DNA of 64,000 bases. Source: Eledone cirrhosa. Taxonomy: Eukaryota. The notes beneath the pieces are model-generated. The model saw only the letters and a program-made list of their open reading frames with translations, made no database searches and was not told where the DNA came from. Positions 58,298 to 64,000 of the stretch are shown piece after piece; positions within the stretch are counted from its first letter, which is position 1; the number at the start of each line of letters is the position of its first letter. The stretch lies in NCBI GenBank assembly GCA_964016885.1, contig OZ024743.1, positions 289,850,001-289,914,000 of the forward strand, given 5' to 3'. Position numbers and translations under genes: made by a program.

Positions 58298-61200
58298 TTG
58301 TTTTTCATGTTATTCAGTTGAAGAAAGCTGTTGATAAAAAAGAAATCTGCTGGCTTATGCTTAAAAAGACGTGAAGCACTCCACCATTTTTGTTATATGA
58401 TAACCATCTTACTCGTTCTCAGAGAACGAGTAATGTGGTTATTATCTAACTACCTTACATCTCGAAATATTTATAACGAATAAAGTAAAGATGTACGAAT
58501 ATAACCGTCTCTCTTATTTATTATATTGTCTTAATGCATATATTTCTCTCATTAAAAAAACAAAAGCATCTATGTTATATTCAGTGTCACTGTTTTATTG
58601 CTAACTCGGCAGTGATGATAGCTAAACATTGTGAATCACTCTTGTCAGGTGGTTTCATACGTCAACTGAAGTAGTTGTTACCTGATTACTGCTGAAAAGC
58701 ACCATAGGGGGGCATGTATTCTTATTATAAAGAAGCAAATATTATATGCCTTCATATAAACCATGATTATATATTACAATATTTTAGTGTTATCAATACT
58801 TAACACTGGACCAATCAGGCCCGCAGCTAAAGATCTCCAGACTATGTCCTATATACAACATAGACAAAAGCTATAGCTTATTCTTGCCCTACTACCGAGT
58901 GAATAAACGTTATTCATGCATATTTATTATGCGTATTCATTTCATATAAGCCTTAATATACATCTTTATGATAAATCATGCTAAGTTAGTGCTACTGCTA
59001 ATTAATCCTAGCCAGTAACTCTGCCCTATTTGCAAATAAACACCCCCAGCTGATGATTATAAAAATAATTTAAACGGCGACTCTTTGAAATCAACATTCT
59101 TTTCTCATATATTACTTATATGCTTCAATTTATTATGTTCCTTCCATGCAAAAATTAGCCTTGGACCTCTTCGACAAGAACCATTTTATTCCTAGCTCCT
59201 TCTATTGTAAGGAATTATGGGGAAATGTTAAATTCCATTTAACTGAAATGTTAACTTTCATACATTTCTGAAATACATTATTGTTTGAATTGATCTGAAA
59301 ATATTCCGATGATTTTTGCGTCGTTAAACATTTTTTGCTCAATTTGAATATTTTGTTGCGTGTGCCTTACTTGCAGCAGAGTGTCGTGCTTTTATATCCA
59401 ATGTAATTATTAGATGAATAAAAATGACAATTCTCGTGTACGAAATTAAATTTACATATTTCATTCATCATTTGAAATGTATTAACAAGCTTACAATATT
59501 ACTGCTTTTCACAAATTATATGTTCTTCGCATTATATCAAATAAGTTTATAAACTACAATTAATACACATCTATAATTATTGTTGAGGTACAACACTTAA
59601 AATGAAAGTGTCCTTCCTGTTACTTGCTTGAAAATTAAGTGCTGATTGTTTTAGAGATGTGTGGTGAAAGCGGGCTTCATCTCCACTTGTTGATAGTGAA
59701 TGGAATATTAAAAGAACACGAACTATAATGATTTTCCACATCAACGACAGCAATTACACAATAAAACATACAATCTACTGGCACAGACCTAATTTAAAGT
59801 AACACAAATTACCTATCATTTAAGTAAAGGCAAAATAAGCAGAAACAATCTGTGAATGGTGCAAATTTCAGTATATAGATTAATCTACAAAGTAGCGTTA
59901 CCATTATTGTAGTGCTTGTTCGGTAATAATGGCAAAATGTAGATATTATCATCTCAGGATGCAAAGTCAATTCTAAATACATGATGAACCGATGTTTCTA
60001 ATCATCTTTGATTTCCAGATAATGCCATTTATTTTTCTAGAAAAATTCCATGTATTCCGCCAGCTCTTATTCAGTTTTATGTCCGTACCCCCAGTAGAAA
60101 AGAGTTAAGCTCAATGACTAGGTCCGTGGTGTAAACCATTTTATCTCACTTTAAACGAAACTACGAAATGTCAATATATTTTACCCGATCTTGATAGCGA
60201 TTTACTAGTAGAAATGCGATAATATCTCACTGAATGATGAATATTGTATACGTAACTTTAGATCGAGTGAGAGTATTGATTACCATTCATCTTCATGTAG
60301 CATATGTTGTGTGCTTGGATTTGTCAAAGCCCTATACTCCAAGATGATGCGTATATTTCATTGAAATGTTAATCAATTTTATCGTGCAACCGCAACCGCA
60401 AATTCGGAGAATATACTACCATAAAATGATTAATTGCCGTAACAGGCCGAACGGAACATCTGAGGTCAAATTCGAAGCGGTTAGCGTCCGCTTTGTAAGC
60501 CAAACCATGTTATTGATATATTCACCTTCATTTAACATAACGTATTTCAGTAGTTCATAAAAAAGCGGAAGAATCCTATTTATCTGCGTGATTATTACTA
60601 TGAAATGTGGCATGTTCTCGACAAAATGAGAAACATTTTCAGTTTTCATGTCTGTAAAACCAGAATAAGATGTTCCTTTATAACAGGAAGCAGAGAAAGG
60701 GTAATGTATTTATGCATTACATATTACAAAAAGACTGTATGGTCCAAGTTAGGACGTATGTGATAACATCAGGCTGCATAAGAGCTACAGAATTATTCTT
60801 ATTCCTTTTCAATTTCAAATTGAAGGTAGTTTCTTTCATTTACTTCAATAGATGAATATGGCTTTAAATCAAAGCTAAATTATCTCTGTTACATCTTGTC
60901 AATAGAAACAATTGTTTCACTAGCTGGGTAGCAAAATTGTTTGTATAATATATTTTTGTTTAAGTTAAAATTTCAGTTAAAGAGATAACAGCATGCACAC
61001 TTTTGCTATTTAATTAAAGAGAGAAAAAAGAACGAAATTAAGATCAAATAAATATCAGAAATCAAACAATAAGATGAATAACAGGCTGAATATTTCTATC
61101 GTGTGAATCCTAAAATCTTCACAATAAAATAATAATTTGTATTGAAGATAAGATTGTGATAAAAGAATAGGAGAAAATATAGAGAGGTAAATAGGAAAAA

Positions 61201-61959
61201 TCGATTTTGTTGTTCCTTACTATTGTTTGTTATGCTTCCTAGAACTGCGCTGTGATGAAGAAAATACAGAGATAAGCAGGCATTGTTTTTCAAAATATTT
61301 CTATCATCAGATGTATTCAAAAACAAAAATGTTGACGATGATGAATGATATAGAAGAGGAATAAAACAAGAGCAATATTGTGAAAGATAATCATGCAGAT
61401 AATAATAATAGTAATGATAATATCAATGATCTCAACAACAACATCAATAAAAATAATGATTATAATAATACCTGAAGACGAAACCCCGATGAATATGAGA
61501 AGAGTAAATAGGAGTATGATGAATGAAAATACAAAAAAGATAAATGTTTTCATACTACATATCCAGTCAGAGGATATAACGCAAACAAGGAACCTTATCC
61601 AACCTATTGCACTACTTATTGAGGAAAACATTATAATTAAGGAAACCAGAGCAGAGTGAGTTAAAATAACGATGGTGGAAACATCGTATTGAAAATGACT
61701 TAATGCGTAAAAGCCAAGATCGAAACCAGAGCGAGCAACGGTTTAGAGGAAAATCGAAACACGGAAATATGAACGATCGAAAGTCAGGCAAGGCGTATAA
61801 AATACGGAAGAAAGGATTCTACACAGTAATAGATTTTGAAAATCATGGTGATTTTGCAATTAAAGCTGCAACAAACCTTAACATGTTGCCAATGCCATGG
61901 GTTTCAATTGAGACTGTGCACCAAATTGGACCAAAAACAACTGTATGGGTTATTTGTCC

Positions 61960-62844
61960 TTTGTAACAAAACAAAAACTTGATATATATCAAACTTGTAC
62001 CCATTAGTGGCTGCGGAATTCTGCGCTAGAAGCAGAGAGTAAGGGCTTCATTTTGGCTGTACAATAACGCTCATATTTGAAGCCAATGCGATCAGAAAAG
62101 TAACTTACTTAAAGTATCGATTCTACTATGAGTATCTTGTGACTCCTGATCACCTGCCTCCAGGCTGCAAAGTATTAGCTCCATAGGAATATTTAACGAG
62201 TCATGATAGATCGTGGCAGTGTTTACACTGGGTAACACACAGGATTTACGGAATAAAAACAAAGGCTAAATTGTATAACCATCATCCAGATGCAGTTGTA
62301 GGAAGCGAGAATGTGACAAACCTACGCGATTTTCACGCGAACACTGACAAAATAATCAAGGTAAAAAACTTGATATCATTTTGAAGGCCCATAACGAGAA
62401 AATATGTTTCTTAATTGACATGAGCATTCCGCAAGAGCGTAAAATCTCGAAAGCGTTCAAAAAGCTCAGTAAATATGAAGGTTTGACAGCTGGAACTGAG
62501 AAAATGTGACAGTTTAAAGTCTGTACAATACCAGTGATAGTCTCTGTACTTGTAATGATAACAAATGGAACTGAAATATATTTAGATCAGATAACTAGAA
62601 AGCCATCTCTGCAAGAGATACTGTAAATTATGTTGAGCTGCAGTATCCATATCATGAGAAGTGCAATATCAATTAAATACTTTGTAAAGACATTTACTGT
62701 TGTTTATGATCTTTTGACATACTTCTGTATGATAATTGATTGTAAAATGTGTACATTATCAAATTTAGCCTCGAGTGTCAGGCTGACACTCGGCATGATA
62801 TAGGAAAGTAGCTGAATTCAAATGAAGTTTCAAACAATAATAAT
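61960..62844 (+). mobile_element. Decayed R4/Dong-like non-LTR retrotransposon 3' end (REL endonuclease) with TAA-type tail
   Basis: Manual translation: WLRNSALEAESKGFILAVQ, HPDAVVGSENVT, DIILKAHNEKICFLIDMSIP, KKLSKYEGL, IPVIVSVL; stops present. Confidence 0.78.
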
Positions 62845-62993
62845 TGTTTCTACTTTAGGCACAAGGCCAGCAATTAACCAGTGCATTACTGGTACTTTAT
62901 TTTATCGACCCCGTAAGGATGTAAGGCAAAGTCAACCTCGACGGGATTTGAATTCAGATCGTAAAAGGACGTAACTATGCTGGAAAGCATGGC
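62845..62993 (-). mobile_element. 5'-truncated tRNA-SINE copy with an 18-bp TSD
   Basis: gtttcaaacaataataat at 62827-62844 and 62994-63011 flanks the reverse complement of the SINE body. Confidence 0.88.
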
Positions 62994-64000
62994 GTTTCAA
63001 ACAATAATAATGATAATAATAAGGCAAAATAAATCAATAGTTATATCACTACAACTGCTCCATATATCAGGACTTGAATTAGAGAGTAATGACGTATATG
63101 ATGAGCGGAATACAGGAAAATGAATAAAGGAGAAAAGGCTTTTTATTTGCAAATAATACCACAGGCATCATATACAGATAAGGAAAAACAATAAACAACA
63201 TCAAAATACATAGTAATTGAGAGAATAATAACGAACATCCAAAAATGTACCAAAAACTGGAATAGTAAACAGGTCTCTAATAGTCTATACAAGGTGACAG
63301 AGAAGACATCAGCGCAGAGGAAATATAACAATGAACTAAACACTGAAAAAGAAAATCAGAAAAAAACTAAATATTGATATTATAAATGCAAAGCATCAAT
63401 TATTAATCACAAAAATGTAAGAAAAAAATGGCGAATCAAAAGATAAACATCGGATGCTGATGACTCAATAAATATCCTACACCACTGCAGCTTATATAAT
63501 TAGATGTGGTCAAACAGTTATGAGATAAGGACGAAACAGTGATAGAATTTGAATCTCAATGTGGGATTTAAATCAATAACTCAGAACAGGTATATGAATC
63601 TCGTTAGACGTTTTAATGAATCCGCCAAATTAATTTATTACTTTTAGAACTCCGAAATGTTGAAAGTCAAACTTGAGCTTACTGCATTTTCAATCCAGAG
63701 CACAGTCGCTTAAGTCGTTCTGTCCATTAATTTAACCACTTTACTAATTCACCATGATGAATACTATAAGATAATTTATCACCTGTATTTTGGCTGACCT
63801 GTCTATTTTAAAATTCTGAGTCTATCTATCCAAAAATCTATATTGAATCAGTATCTATGAACATATGGAATACTAAAATTGAAAATGTCCACACATATAT
63901 TTATATATGTGTGGTGTTTTGTGTCTTTTCTATATTTTCTTCAAGAGTGTGTATATTGCTATATAGGTTCAGTTATACCAGATGGTTGTTTTTACACATG

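Noticed and set aside
60416-60651. Possible host exon on the minus strand (ttttacag acceptor, GAAG/GTGAAT donor)
   Set aside because: No recognisable protein similarity or partner exons; needs RNA-seq.
61317-61659. Hydrophobic 104-aa ORF resembling a membrane protein
   Set aside because: Arises from A-rich, ATA/ATG low-complexity sequence.

Overview
AT-rich eukaryotic (invertebrate) non-genic DNA; the SINE family and (TA)n density suggest a cephalopod such as Octopus, but that is inference. No host gene can be supported. Bases 1-40 kb are a (TA)n microsatellite field packed with retroelement insertions. The only intact gene is an 819-aa Penelope-like (Naiad-type) RT + GIY-YIG ORF (8159-10618, minus) inside a young partial-tandem element with near-identical 2.12-kb pseudo-LTRs, each carrying a minimal hammerhead ribozyme (HHR). 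By eye I find about 30 minimal type-I HHR motifs from about 15 distinct families between 2.9 and 39.4 kb, and none convincing beyond 40 kb. Several have non-canonical cores (U4C, U4A, compensatory U3:A8). Three families are non-coding tandem or circularly permuted monomers (about 318, 468 and 540-553 bp, one HHR per monomer), i.e. retrozyme-like. Many insertions are inverted repeats, and in every one where an HHR can be oriented the 3' ends point outward into (TA)n. Together this suggests a TA-targeted Penelope/retrozyme system using circular or tandem RNA templates and two-ended priming. Also present: CR1-like, RTE-like, CRE-like and R4/Dong-like LINE remnants, an RTE copy with a twin-priming-type inversion, an internally deleted mariner and many tRNA-SINE copies. 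The long YI/CV ORFs are microsatellite artefacts.
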